Source: Bacteroidales bacterium UBA1756
GTDB lineage: Bacteria; Bacteroidota; Bacteroidia; Bacteroidales; WCHB1-69
Assembly: GCA_002314795.1 (NCBI GenBank)
Contig: DCHI01000078.1
Location: 7,898 to 71,897 of the forward strand
Direction: 5' to 3'
DNA length: 64,000 bases
Position 1 is the first letter of the stretch. Each line of letters begins with the position of its first letter. A model generated the notes under the pieces. The model made no database searches. It was not told the origin of the DNA and saw nothing but the letters and a program-made list of their open reading frames with translations. Shown here one piece after another: positions 27,447 to 36,972 of this stretch. The translations under genes were made by a program, and so were the position numbers.

Positions 27447-29105
27447 ATGAAGCATTTATTACAATCTTTCATTGTCGTAGCTCTTTGCTTTTGCAGTTAC
27501 GCAGCTATGGCACAAATGAGTTATGGGGGAGAACCCTTCTCTTTCAAAAACACAATTTCTCAAGTTGTTCCGACTGAGCAAATTGAAGCATTGGACGTTG
27601 AAGCTCTTTTAGCTGAAGACGAAACCATCGAAGGCAAAAGTCACCCGCTTCGTATCGGTGTCACAAAGGACGTCAATCTCACCATCAACAACTCCGGTCG
27701 TATCGACATTTTGCCAAACGGTGACCGCGTTTGGCGTATTGCTTTCCATATGGATCAAGCCACGTTCACGTCTATGAATTTCTCCACGTTCAATATTCCT
27801 GACGGAGCCGAATTGTTTTTATACACTCCTGACAGAGAGTATGTTATCGGAAAATTCACCAACAAGAACATTATGGAAGATGGTACTTTCTATCCGCAGG
27901 AACTTCCTGGCGAAGATGTTGTTGTTGAATACTACGAGCCCGTTAATGCGGCCTTCCGCGGCAATCTCGTCATCAACCAGATTTCTCAAGGTTACCGTGA
28001 TTTCTTCCACGTAAAAGACGTTGAAGGAGGAATTGGCACAGCAGAAGGCAACTGTCACCCGAACGCCATCTGCAAAGATGCACAATGGCACGCACAAATC
28101 AATTCCGTTGCTTGCTACACGATGACATCTGGCGGATCCGTTGGCATTTGTACTGGCGCTATGATTAATAACACTGCACGCAACGGCAAACAGTATTTTC
28201 TGTCTGCTAATCACTGCTACACCAGCGGAGCCACCTACAAATTTTATTTCAAATATCAAGCTACTACCTGCACTGGAACCAATGGTTCTATTTTAAAAAC
28301 CGCCACCGGTGCTACCGTAAAGGCAAGAGCAGAGACATCCGAAAGTGCTATTTATAACAGTTCTGACTTTATGCTGCTGGAAATCACCGGAACCATCAAT
28401 CCTGCCTACGACGTTTACTTTGCAGGATGGGACTGTACCACAACGGTTCCGTCCAACGCAAGCTCCTGCGGCGCCATTCACCATCCAGGCGGTGATATCA
28501 AGAAATTCAGCACCCCTACACAGATTAAAAACGGAAGCCAAATGTACTCCAACACAGGAAACTACTGGGGGACCGTATGGGGAAGCAACGGCACAACCGA
28601 AGGTGGTTCATCTGGTTCACCCTTGTTCAACAGTAGCAAACGGATCGTTGGGCAATTGCAAGGTGGTTCAAGTGCTTGCGACTGCACCGGCAGCAACTGT
28701 CCTGATTTCTACGGCAAACTCTCCTACTCTTGGACAAACAACAACAATAGCAGCAACAGCAAAAAACTGAAACCGTGGTTGGATCCGAACAACACCGGTG
28801 CTACTACGCTTGATGGCCAATGGATGACGGGAGCCCCGAGTGCCTTACTTGAACAGGAAGAAGTTTCACAGCTCAACGTTTTCCCGAACCCATCCGAAGG
28901 AATGTTCACCATTCAAGGAACGTTCAGTGGCAACGATGGTATCTGCAATGTTTACAATCTGATGGGCGAACTTGTTTCTTCCAAGAAAATGACGTTGAAC
29001 CCAGAAATGACCTTAAATCTCAGTCATCTCAATTCAGGTATGTACCTCATCGAAATTAGCGACAACGAACAGATTTTCCGCTCAAAAGTACTTATCAACA
29101 AATAA
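27447..29105 (+). CDS. Secreted trypsin-like (S1, lysyl-endopeptidase-like) serine protease with T9SS type-A CTD
   Basis: It has a signal peptide and the catalytic motifs LSANHC (His), SDFMLLE (Asp) and GGSSGSPLF (Ser). The C-terminus is LNVFPNPSEGMFTIQG...GMYLIEISDNEQIFRSKVLINK. Confidence 0.85.
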   Translation: MKHLLQSFIVVALCFCSYAAMAQMSYGGEPFSFKNTISQVVPTEQIEALDVEALLAEDETIEGKSHPLRIGVTKDVNLTINNSGRIDILPNGDRVWRIAFHMDQATFTSMNFSTFNIPDGAELFLYTPDREYVIGKFTNKNIMEDGTFYPQELPGEDVVVEYYEPVNAAFRGNLVINQISQGYRDFFHVKDVEGGIGTAEGNCHPNAICKDAQWHAQINSVACYTMTSGGSVGICTGAMINNTARNGKQYFLSANHCYTSGATYKFYFKYQATTCTGTNGSILKTATGATVKARAETSESAIYNSSDFMLLEITGTINPAYDVYFAGWDCTTTVPSNASSCGAIHHPGGDIKKFSTPTQIKNGSQMYSNTGNYWGTVWGSNGTTEGGSSGSPLFNSSKRIVGQLQGGSSACDCTGSNCPDFYGKLSYSWTNNNNSSNSKKLKPWLDPNNTGATTLDGQWMTGAPSALLEQEEVSQLNVFPNPSEGMFTIQGTFSGNDGICNVYNLMGELVSSKKMTLNPEMTLNLSHLNSGMYLIEISDNEQIFRSKVLINK

Positions 29106-29109
29106 AATA

Positions 29110-29721
29110 ATGGAGAATATCGTCCTTTCAACGGCGTATCTCCCCAACATAGAATACTTCGCTTTTATTGCTAAAAGCGAAGTATTTTTTATTGAGGATG
29201 CCGAAACTTTCCAAAAGCAATCGTTCCGAAACCGCACGAACATTATGACGGCGGGCGGGGTTCAAATGCTCATTCTGCCTACTCGCCACGAAACGCAACG
29301 AGAGTGCATTCGAGATGTTCGCATCGACTACAAATGTCCGTGGCAACAGAAGCACTGGCGGGCCATTGAATCTGCCTACAGCGGTACCCCTTACTTCCTC
29401 TATTTCAAGGATTTCATCTATCCTTTTTTTGAAAAAAAATATGAATTTCTTTTTGACTACAATCTGGCATTAACGGAAGTCCTTTTGAATCTTTTTAAAA
29501 TAAAAAAGGCCCCCGAATTTACGGGGACCTACGCAAAAGAGTATTACGAAAAATTAGATTTGCGGAACAAGATTCATCCAAAATGCAGTTCTCTGCTTCC
29601 AGAAAAAAGATACCATCAGGTTTTTGACGACCGACATCCTTTCGTCGGGAACCTTTCCATCATTGACCTGTTATTCAACGCGGGACCCGACCAGAAGTAC
29701 CTTCTTAATCTGCATTCGTAG
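29110..29721 (+). CDS. WbqC family protein
   Basis: 203 aa. The N-terminus STAYLPNIEYFAFIAKSE...FQKQSFRNRTNI is typical of WbqC-like proteins. Confidence 0.7.
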   Translation: MENIVLSTAYLPNIEYFAFIAKSEVFFIEDAETFQKQSFRNRTNIMTAGGVQMLILPTRHETQRECIRDVRIDYKCPWQQKHWRAIESAYSGTPYFLYFKDFIYPFFEKKYEFLFDYNLALTEVLLNLFKIKKAPEFTGTYAKEYYEKLDLRNKIHPKCSSLLPEKRYHQVFDDRHPFVGNLSIIDLLFNAGPDQKYLLNLHS

Positions 29722-31549
29722 CACCAATACCGAAGAAGACTTCTTCGCAAGTATATGACGGAACTGCTTTCATATCAGAGTTCTTCACTTGAACAATGCG
29801 AGTTTGCTGAAGAGCGACTGGCGATGCAGGACTGTTTACCAATTCAAGAAATTTTTCATCATCGTCATAAGCGGTAGTACCATCATCCGTAATAACCACA
29901 CCAGCACCCATTTGAACGTGTTGCTGCCTCCGATTCATTTGAGTACTGCCAACTTTTACCATAGGATCAATCACCAACTCTTCCTGCATCTTACGGTCAA
30001 TTCCTATTTCCGTTGCAACATTTTCCTGTTGAGCAGTTACCGCAGGAGCATTGGACTGTTGAAAGAAAGGATCTTCATCAAAGGAAGAATTGGACTGACT
30101 ATCATTTGAGTTCGTTTCGGCAGGAACTTCCTGTGCAATAGTGTCTTGAGAATCAGCAACACATTCAATATTATCCACTACCATTGATTGCGGAAGAACC
30201 GTATTGGCTATCGTTTCGGACTGGTTCGCCATTTCTTCCAATTTTTGAATCATCTGAGGTTTAGTTTCCTCTTCGTTGGTAAAAGAGGGCATTTCTTCTT
30301 CAGGTGTTTCTTCTTGTACATTCATTTCGGCAGAATCGACATCATCAGAAGATGAAACAATCGCTTGCGGAGTCAAAATGATTTGTTCTTGAGATTCAGC
30401 GGAATCCAAAGGAAGTTCGGGCTCTGTGACGGGATACGTCGGAGTGACAGGTTCTGTGGTTGACGGATTATCGGAAGGGAGCTTCGGATAGATCACTTTA
30501 TCGTTTGATGGAAAAATATTTTCAGGAGGTGTAGCTACCGGAGTCAGTGTATTGCTATTAAACCGAGTCATAATGACTGACAGTTTCAAAGAATCCCCTA
30601 AGCCCTTTTCTGCGGCGTGCCCCCAGATGACGAGTGTATTATCATTATTATATTTATCAAACTCATCTTCCAATTTCATCAATTCGTCAACGCTAATTGC
30701 ATTATCTTCATCATAACGAACAAAGAAAAGGATTTTCTGAGCTTCAGAGATGTGACTGTCGTCAAGCAGGTTGCAAGTCAATGCCCTACTGATCACGTCT
30801 TCAATACGGTTTTCTCCCTTAGCTTCAGCGAGACCAAACATAGCTTCCCCACTTTCTTTCAAGATGGTGACCATATCATTAAAGTCCACATTTTGATAGC
30901 CAGGAATGGTGATAAGTTCTGCGATACATTTGACCGCATTTTTCAAGATATCATCAGCAAATTCGAGCGCACGAGGAAGGGTTTCACGGCGATAGTTTTC
31001 TAAAACTTTTTGATTTTGGATGATGATGAGAGAATCGACATACTTACGTAGGGCGGCGATTCCTTCGTCCGCCTTTCTTGCGCAAGGTTTCTGTTCCATA
31101 CGATAGGGATAGGTCACCACAGCGATAGTAAGGATTCCCATTTCGTGAGCGATGCGTGCCACGACCGGGGCAGCGCCTGTCCCCGTTCCTTTTCCCATAC
31201 CTGCCGTAATGAACAGCATTTTCGTATCTTCGCCAATCATCTGCCGAATTTCTTTTTCCGATTCCTCTGCATATTTCTGAGCGATAGCGGGGTCTGAGCC
31301 AGCACCAAGTCCCGAGTTGCCCAAACGCAATTTGCAAGGAACAATATTCTCTTGCAAGGCCTGTTCATCCGTATTGCAGAGGAAGAAGTCAACACCGACA
31401 ATGCCATCATTAAACATATGTTGCACGGCATTTCCACCGGCACCGCCAATTCCAACGACTTTTATGATGGCTGTTTTTTTATTATCTTTATTTTCATTGT
31501 ACTTGGAATACATCGTACTATCAAATGTTAATTCATCAAGTTCACTCAT
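29705..31549 (-). CDS. ftsZ: Cell division GTPase FtsZ with an unusually long acidic C-terminal extension
   Basis: It has VVGIGGAGGNAV and the tubulin signature AGMGKGTGTGAAPV. At 614 aa, about 270 aa of low-complexity acidic sequence follow the core. The 3' end overlaps the wbqC-like gene by 17 nt. Confidence 0.9.
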   Translation of the reverse strand: MSELDELTFDSTMYSKYNENKDNKKTAIIKVVGIGGAGGNAVQHMFNDGIVGVDFFLCNTDEQALQENIVPCKLRLGNSGLGAGSDPAIAQKYAEESEKEIRQMIGEDTKMLFITAGMGKGTGTGAAPVVARIAHEMGILTIAVVTYPYRMEQKPCARKADEGIAALRKYVDSLIIIQNQKVLENYRRETLPRALEFADDILKNAVKCIAELITIPGYQNVDFNDMVTILKESGEAMFGLAEAKGENRIEDVISRALTCNLLDDSHISEAQKILFFVRYDEDNAISVDELMKLEDEFDKYNNDNTLVIWGHAAEKGLGDSLKLSVIMTRFNSNTLTPVATPPENIFPSNDKVIYPKLPSDNPSTTEPVTPTYPVTEPELPLDSAESQEQIILTPQAIVSSSDDVDSAEMNVQEETPEEEMPSFTNEEETKPQMIQKLEEMANQSETIANTVLPQSMVVDNIECVADSQDTIAQEVPAETNSNDSQSNSSFDEDPFFQQSNAPAVTAQQENVATEIGIDRKMQEELVIDPMVKVGSTQMNRRQQHVQMGAGVVITDDGTTAYDDDEKFLELVNSPASPVALQQTRIVQVKNSDMKAVPSYTCEEVFFGIGATNAD

Positions 31550-31604
31550 AATATATATATTGTCCTAAAACATTCTTAATTTATGTACTACGTTATTTTG
31601 GCGA

Positions 31605-32987
31605 TTAGTCCACGCCTTCATTGCTTCCATCAGAAAGACTCTTCATCATCTTTTTCACAAGTCTGTCAATGCCTGACATAATGGAAGGAATGAGTCCTGG
31701 GCTCCCATCATCGTCAACATCGTTACTTTCTTCATCACTTGTAGAAACAACTTCTTCCCAACGATTATCATCCTTAACGGGATTCCCTTCGTATGGTTTT
31801 CCGTGGTAGCGGCAGGCGGAAGAGAGGAGCCCGAGAGCAGTCGAATAGATGGGATCTCTCAATGCCGGTTCGAGCGTTTGTGTGAAACCGAAACCAGGGA
31901 TACCGATACGAACTCGTTTTTCCAGAACGAACTCGGAGAGACTCTTGATGTCATTCAGACGGGCTCCACCACCAGTAATGACGACACAAATAATGTCGTT
32001 CATAAAACCAGATTTTTCAATTTCCAATTTCACGGGTTCCAAAATGTCACGCTTTACGCGGGCATTGATAACGAGAGCCAGGTCGCGTTCATTGATTTTC
32101 ACATTCCGAGCAAAATAGACAGAATTACGAACCGTAATAAAATGATTCTTGTCCGCTTTTTCGGGAACACAGGAACCGTATTCAATCTTTATCTGTTCTG
32201 CCTCTTCGTATGTCATACCCAATGCCTGAATATCCTTCGTAACCACTTGTCCTCCAATAGGGATGACACGAAGATAAACGGGAACACCTTTTTTATAAAT
32301 GATAAGGTCTGTTGTTCCTCCGCCAATATCAATCATCGCGACGCCATTATGTTTTTCTTCTTCCGAGAGGCAAGCGACGGACGAGGCGAGAGGTTCCAAC
32401 ATCAGTTTCTGCATTCTCAAGTTGGAATCCGTTACGCTTTTAACAATCTTGCGAATTTCAAAATCGTCTCCCGTAATGAGTTGATAAGTGGCAACGATAT
32501 TCTGTCCAACCATACCATCTGCCCGAGTCGTATCGGTGCCATCAATACAGTAGTTTTGTGGAATGACCGCGATAACAGAACCGGAATTAATTTCGTACTG
32601 TTCCATATCGGAAGTCCATTTAGACACTTCCTCCTTTTTAATAATTTGCTGACGGCCGTTGATACGGGTAACAGAGTGACTGCAAGTTACACTTTTAATG
32701 TGACGACCTGCGATTCCGACAAACACTTCATCAACCTGTTGACCTGTAGCTTCTTCCAATTGTTTTTTAGCAATTTGGATTCCGTCAATCGTATCCTGGA
32801 GATTGATGACCATACCATATTGAACACCTGTTGAGGGGGCCTGGCCATAACCGCAGACTTCAACCTTTCCGTCACTGCAGAGGTAACCGGAGGTCATTAC
32901 AATTTTTGTAGTCCCTATATCAAGACTGTAAACATATTTTGGTTCCTGAACTTCATCAGTCTCCGGTTGATTTTTTCTCTTTTTCAT
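31605..32987 (-). CDS. ftsA: Cell division protein FtsA
   Basis: It has the actin-fold motifs SLDIGTTKIV and MIDIGGGTTDL. It sits between ftsQ and ftsZ. Confidence 0.9.
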   Translation of the reverse strand: MKKRKNQPETDEVQEPKYVYSLDIGTTKIVMTSGYLCSDGKVEVCGYGQAPSTGVQYGMVINLQDTIDGIQIAKKQLEEATGQQVDEVFVGIAGRHIKSVTCSHSVTRINGRQQIIKKEEVSKWTSDMEQYEINSGSVIAVIPQNYCIDGTDTTRADGMVGQNIVATYQLITGDDFEIRKIVKSVTDSNLRMQKLMLEPLASSVACLSEEEKHNGVAMIDIGGGTTDLIIYKKGVPVYLRVIPIGGQVVTKDIQALGMTYEEAEQIKIEYGSCVPEKADKNHFITVRNSVYFARNVKINERDLALVINARVKRDILEPVKLEIEKSGFMNDIICVVITGGGARLNDIKSLSEFVLEKRVRIGIPGFGFTQTLEPALRDPIYSTALGLLSSACRYHGKPYEGNPVKDDNRWEEVVSTSDEESNDVDDDGSPGLIPSIMSGIDRLVKKMMKSLSDGSNEGVD

Positions 32988-33005
32988 TGGGTTAAAGGTT
33001 TATGG

Positions 33006-33779
33006 TTATAGGTTGGTTTTTGGGGTTGCAAACACGCGGTTTCTGAAACGGACATCAACGTATGCGAACGCATCAAGCCCCATATACACGAGGGCATTGT
33101 CATAGACTATATGGAGTTGTTTCAGTTTCTGGTCAATATTGTCGGCTTGGCCAAAGCGGACGAGGTGGTTTCCGACAACGTTATACACTTCAAATTCGGC
33201 ATTCGGAGTAGCATAAATCTGCGTCAACTGCGATGCGAAGAGGGTATCCTTGTCGATAGCAGTAGCCAGTGCGAATGCGCCGGAAAGGACTCTGCTTTTG
33301 ACTTCGGAAACATTTTTGTTCGGCCTATAGGAAGGGACCTTGACATTCCCGTTGAGCACCATCAATGGGGAGCAGACGCGACTGTTGTCCGGCAACATTT
33401 CCCCGTTTTTTCCAATAAAATAAGGAAGTCCATTATGAGGATAGACGGCAAGGATAGGGCTTTTCAGGCGCACATCCATCACGAGGGAGCTTCCGACAGG
33501 GGCGAGATTAAGGAGGGTGTCGAACCAGACATTGGTACGGAGAGCGGCGACAATTTCGGAACGGCTGACATTTCCAGGGGCAACGCCAACGATTTGTATT
33601 CCCTGATTTTTCAGTATATCAAGAATTTCCGAGGGGGTGATAATGGAATCGGGACCGGTATATTCTATGCGCACCTCAATTTTTTCGCAAACTTTCGGGC
33701 GAAAGCAAACCCAGGCCACTACTACGCCAACGGCGACAGCAACGGACAAGAGAATGATGAGAATGCCTTTTACTTTCAT
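33006..33779 (-). CDS. ftsQ: Cell division protein FtsQ
   Basis: 257 aa with a single N-terminal TM helix. It lies directly upstream of ftsA-ftsZ, so the call is based mainly on synteny. Confidence 0.7.
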   Translation of the reverse strand: MKVKGILIILLSVAVAVGVVVAWVCFRPKVCEKIEVRIEYTGPDSIITPSEILDILKNQGIQIVGVAPGNVSRSEIVAALRTNVWFDTLLNLAPVGSSLVMDVRLKSPILAVYPHNGLPYFIGKNGEMLPDNSRVCSPLMVLNGNVKVPSYRPNKNVSEVKSRVLSGAFALATAIDKDTLFASQLTQIYATPNAEFEVYNVVGNHLVRFGQADNIDQKLKQLHIVYDNALVYMGLDAFAYVDVRFRNRVFATPKTNL

Positions 33780-33878
33780 AAAATATTAGTTTACAGCATC
33801 TTAACAACAATCCAAACAATATCAGAGCGATGAAACAAATCATACACTCCTTTATAATTGACTTGAATGCAAGATGGA

Positions 33879-33886
33879 CAAAGGTA
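33879..33886 (-). promoter_or_regulatory. -7 promoter box for ftsQAZ
   Basis: The reverse strand reads TACCTTTG, 100 nt upstream of the ftsQ ATG. Confidence 0.5.
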
Positions 33887-34235
33887 CGCTTTCTTCAAAA
33901 AACACACACTTTTACTATAATAATATAACAAACATCATTCTGTTAATATCTTTAAATGCCTTATAAAAAATATTTGCCTATAAATCAAAAAAATATAGCA
34001 GAAATCATCTTCAAAAACGTCATTTTTTCACTTTAAAAAGGTTATCAACAGCACAAAAAAATCAATTTACGAGATGTAATTATGCAACTTTTTCTTTCTA
34101 AAAAACGCAAAAAGAAAAAGGCGTGCAAGAGTAAACATACGGGAGGCCAAACCAAGGAAAATCCGATGCGCGTAAGCAGAATGACACCCGAGAAAAAAAA
34201 TCCGTGAAGTAGCTGATTTGCTTTGAAAAAAGTTG

Positions 34236-34243
34236 TACTTTTG
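34236..34243 (+). promoter_or_regulatory. -7 promoter box for rpsF-rpsR-rplI
   Basis: TACTTTTG lies 49 nt upstream of the rpsF ATG, and an A-rich unstructured leader follows. Confidence 0.6.
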
Positions 34244-34291
34244 CGCCCTTGAAAATTTAAACCAAATTTACAAACTAAAAAAACAAAAATT

Positions 34292-34672
34292 ATGTCAAAT
34301 CATTACGAGACCGTTTTCATTATGACTCCCGTTTTGTCTGAAGAACAGATGAAGGAAACGGTTAAAAAATTCGAGGAAATCCTCCTCGAAAAAGGAGCAG
34401 AAATCGTTCACCAGGAAAACTGGGGACTGCGCCAATTGGCCTATCCGATTGCAAAAAAGAACTCAGGGTTCTACCAGCTTTTTGAATTCAAAGCTGAACC
34501 TAATGTCGTCAAAGAATACGAACTTCAGTATCGTCGTGACGAAAGAGTTATGCGTTATCTGACTGTTTCGATGGACAAACACGCCATCGCATACAGCGAA
34601 AAGAGACGTAACCTCAAGAAAGATAAAGAAGTTGCTGCTCCCGCAGTTGAAACAGAAACCGTTAACGAATAA
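34292..34672 (+). CDS. rpsF: 30S ribosomal protein S6
   Basis: [19 protein letters not shown]...[10 protein letters not shown]. It is followed by S18 and L9. Confidence 0.95.
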   Translation: MSNHYETVFIMTPVLSEEQMKETVKKFEEILLEKGAEIVHQENWGLRQLAYPIAKKNSGFYQLFEFKAEPNVVKEYELQYRRDERVMRYLTVSMDKHAIAYSEKRRNLKKDKEVAAPAVETETVNE

Positions 34673-34686
34673 GGAGGAATCAAGTT

Positions 34687-34962
34687 ATGGCACAACAAAC
34701 CGATATCAAATACCTGACACCCATCGCGGTTGACATCAGAAAGAAAAAATATTGCCGTTTCAAAAAAAGCGGTATCAAGTACATCGACTATAAGGACGGC
34801 GAATTCTTGAAAAGATTCGTGAACGAGCAAGGCCGCATCCTGCCCAGACGCCTTACCGGTACTTCTTTAAAATATCAGAAAAGAGTGGCACAGGCAGTAA
34901 AAAGAGCCAGACATCTTGCTTTACTTCCTTTCGTTACTGACAATTTGAAATCTAACAACTAA
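34687..34962 (+). CDS. rpsR: 30S ribosomal protein S18
   Basis: 91 aa with YIDYKD...[43 protein letters not shown] lies 10 nt upstream. Confidence 0.95.
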   Translation: MAQQTDIKYLTPIAVDIRKKKYCRFKKSGIKYIDYKDGEFLKRFVNEQGRILPRRLTGTSLKYQKRVAQAVKRARHLALLPFVTDNLKSNN

Positions 34963-34977
34963 AAGGAGGGAAATACA

Positions 34978-35442
34978 ATGGAAGTTATTTTAAAACAAGA
35001 CGTTCAGAATTTGGGTTATGCCGATGATCTCGTAAAGGTTAAAGACGGCTATGCAAGAAATTATCTTATTCCCAATCTTTTAGCTATTCCCGCAACGCCC
35101 GCTAACAAGAAAATGTTGGCCGAAACCATCAAACAACGCGCTTTCAAAGCTGAAAAAATCAGAAAAGAAGCCGAATTCCTTGCTGGTAAAATCGAAGGCC
35201 TCAGCGTTAAAATCGTTGCCAAAGCATCTGAAAAAGGCACCATCTTTGGTTCCGTCACCAATGCTGACGTTGCTGAAGCTCTTATGGCTCAACACGAAAT
35301 CGAAGTCGATCGCCGCAAAATCGCTCTCAATGGCGAACACATCAAAGAATTAGGCAACTATACTGCTCAAGTAAACTTGCACAAGGAATTCAAAGTAAAC
35401 TTGAACCTTGAAGTCGTTGCTGAAAACGCTCCCGCTGAATAG
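34978..35442 (+). CDS. rplI: 50S ribosomal protein L9
   Basis: MEVILKQDVQNLGYADDLVKVKDGYARNYLIP. AGGAGG lies 8 nt upstream. Confidence 0.95.
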   Translation: MEVILKQDVQNLGYADDLVKVKDGYARNYLIPNLLAIPATPANKKMLAETIKQRAFKAEKIRKEAEFLAGKIEGLSVKIVAKASEKGTIFGSVTNADVAEALMAQHEIEVDRRKIALNGEHIKELGNYTAQVNLHKEFKVNLNLEVVAENAPAE

Positions 35443-35476
35443 TTCGGATTATTTTTCAACTAAAAGCATATCAGAA

Positions 35477-35505
35477 AAGCACTTGCCATCGCGAGTGCTT
35501 TTTTC
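35477..35505 (+). terminator. Intrinsic terminator after rplI
   Basis: GCACTTGC-CATC-GCGAGTGC (8 bp with one G-U pair) is followed by TTTTTTC. Confidence 0.75.
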
Positions 35506-35578
35506 TTTTCTATAAAAATCTTGCGGAAAAAGCTATCGTTACACTTCAAAAATGGAAACTTTTCTCTATTAAATTTCG

Positions 35579-35586
35579 TAACTTTG
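35579..35586 (+). promoter_or_regulatory. -7 promoter box for the nifU-like/ychF/rpoN/tcdA unit
   Basis: TAACTTTG lies 28 nt upstream of the ATG at 35614. Confidence 0.5.
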
Positions 35587-35613
35587 CCGCCTCATTCATT
35601 TAAATATAAAACA

Positions 35614-35862
35614 ATGGAAAATCCGACTTTAGAACAGAAAGTTATCGCAATTATTGACCAACTTCGTCCCTACCTCCAAGGTGACGGTGGCGACATCGAA
35701 TTTGTAGAACTTACCGAAGACAATATTGTAATGGTCAAATTACAAGGTGCTTGCGGCTCCTGCCCTCACGCAAAAATGACACTCAAACAGGGCGTGGAAA
35801 CCGTCATCCGTGAACAACTTCCTGAAATCAAAGGAGTGATGGACGTTAATTTAGGATTTTAA
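35614..35862 (+). CDS. NifU C-terminal-domain (Nfu-type) Fe-S cluster protein
   Basis: 82 aa with LRPYLQGDGGDIEFVEL and the CxxC motif GACGSCPHAKMTLK. The track start at 35521 lies upstream of the promoter box. Confidence 0.8.
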   Translation: MENPTLEQKVIAIIDQLRPYLQGDGGDIEFVELTEDNIVMVKLQGACGSCPHAKMTLKQGVETVIREQLPEIKGVMDVNLGF

Positions 35863-35873
35863 ACATTCAGACT

Positions 35874-36968
35874 ATGGGTTTAAAATGTGGCATTATCGGG
35901 CTTACCAATTGCGGAAAGACCACGATGTTCAATTGCATTTCAAATACAAAAGCGGCTATCACCGACTTCGCATACAGTACCAACAAATCCAACATCGGCG
36001 TTTGCAACGTTCCAGACGACAGATTGGCAAGTATCAACACTTTCATTGAAGCCGACAAACTCATCTACGCTACCGTCGATGTCGTGGATGTTCCCGGTTT
36101 GGCTAAAGGAGCAAGCGAAGGCGAAGGAATCGGAAACGCATTCCTCGCCGACATCCGTCAGTGCGACGCACTCATCCACGTACTCCGTTGCTTCGACAAC
36201 CCGAACCTTCCTCACGTAGAAGGTTCCGTTGACCCCGTCCGCGACATTGAAATCGTTGAATTTGAATTGCAGGTCAAGGACTTGGAACAAATCAACCGCA
36301 AAATCCAAAAGGTTGAGAAAGCGGCCAAGGTTGGTGACAAAAATGCAAAAAGAGACTTGGAAGTCCTTTTGAAATACAAAAATCACCTGGAGAATTTCCA
36401 AAACGTACGCACGTTGGAAGCTACCGACGACGAAAAAGCGGTGGTCGCCGATATGATGCTTTTGACCGACAAGCCGGTTTTGTTCGTGTGCAATGTCAAC
36501 GACGATGCCTTGGAAAACAATCATTATGTGGAAGCCGTTCGCGAATCTTTGAAAGGACAAGATTGCGAAATCCTCGTCATTGCCGGAAAATTAGAATCCG
36601 AGATTGCAGAATTAGAGGACGAAGCCGACAGAATGGCGTTCCTTGAGGATGTCGGTCTGACCGAACCTGGTGTCAATAAAGTGATTCAAGCCGCTTATAG
36701 ATTATTGAATCTCATTTCTTTCTTTACTGTTGGAGGAAAAGAGAACCGCGCTTGGACCATTCGCGAAGGGATGACCGCTCCGCAAGCGGCAGGCGTCATT
36801 CATAGCGATTTGGAACGCGGCTTCATTCGTGCCGAAGTTATCAAATATGAAGATTTGAAAGCGCTCGGTTCCGAACTGAAATGCAAAGAAGCCGGCAAAC
36901 TTTCCGTGGAAGGGAAAAACTACATTGTTCAAGACGGCGATATTTTGCATATTCGTTTCAACGTCTAA
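35874..36968 (+). CDS. ychF: Ribosome-binding (redox-regulated) ATPase YchF
   Basis: The G1 motif is IIGLTNCGKTTMFN and the C-terminus is TGS-like (VQDGDILHIRFNV). 364 aa. Confidence 0.9.
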   Translation: MGLKCGIIGLTNCGKTTMFNCISNTKAAITDFAYSTNKSNIGVCNVPDDRLASINTFIEADKLIYATVDVVDVPGLAKGASEGEGIGNAFLADIRQCDALIHVLRCFDNPNLPHVEGSVDPVRDIEIVEFELQVKDLEQINRKIQKVEKAAKVGDKNAKRDLEVLLKYKNHLENFQNVRTLEATDDEKAVVADMMLLTDKPVLFVCNVNDDALENNHYVEAVRESLKGQDCEILVIAGKLESEIAELEDEADRMAFLEDVGLTEPGVNKVIQAAYRLLNLISFFTVGGKENRAWTIREGMTAPQAAGVIHSDLERGFIRAEVIKYEDLKALGSELKCKEAGKLSVEGKNYIVQDGDILHIRFNV

Positions 36969-36972
36969 TTAA

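Noticed and set aside
31803-32834. 343-aa plus-strand ORF opposite ftsA, and 33111..33833 (240 aa) opposite ftsQ.
   Set aside because: They are long only because the sense genes lack antisense stops. They have no motifs, and the sense frames carry actin-fold and FtsQ features with conserved synteny.
32988-33030. AAAGGTTTATGGTTATAGGTTGG between ftsQ and ftsA, and CCTTTATAAACCTAAAG at 12061..12077, as extra copies of the 9-bp repeat.
   Set aside because: They contain only one or two loosely matching units with no clear 9-bp periodicity, so they could arise by chance.
34081-34206. 41-codon very basic ORF (MQLFLSKKRKKKKACKSK...) in the long ftsQ-rpsF spacer.
   Set aside because: It has no promoter box or SD, and its composition is driven by A-runs. 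It is kept only as a note within the spacer finding.
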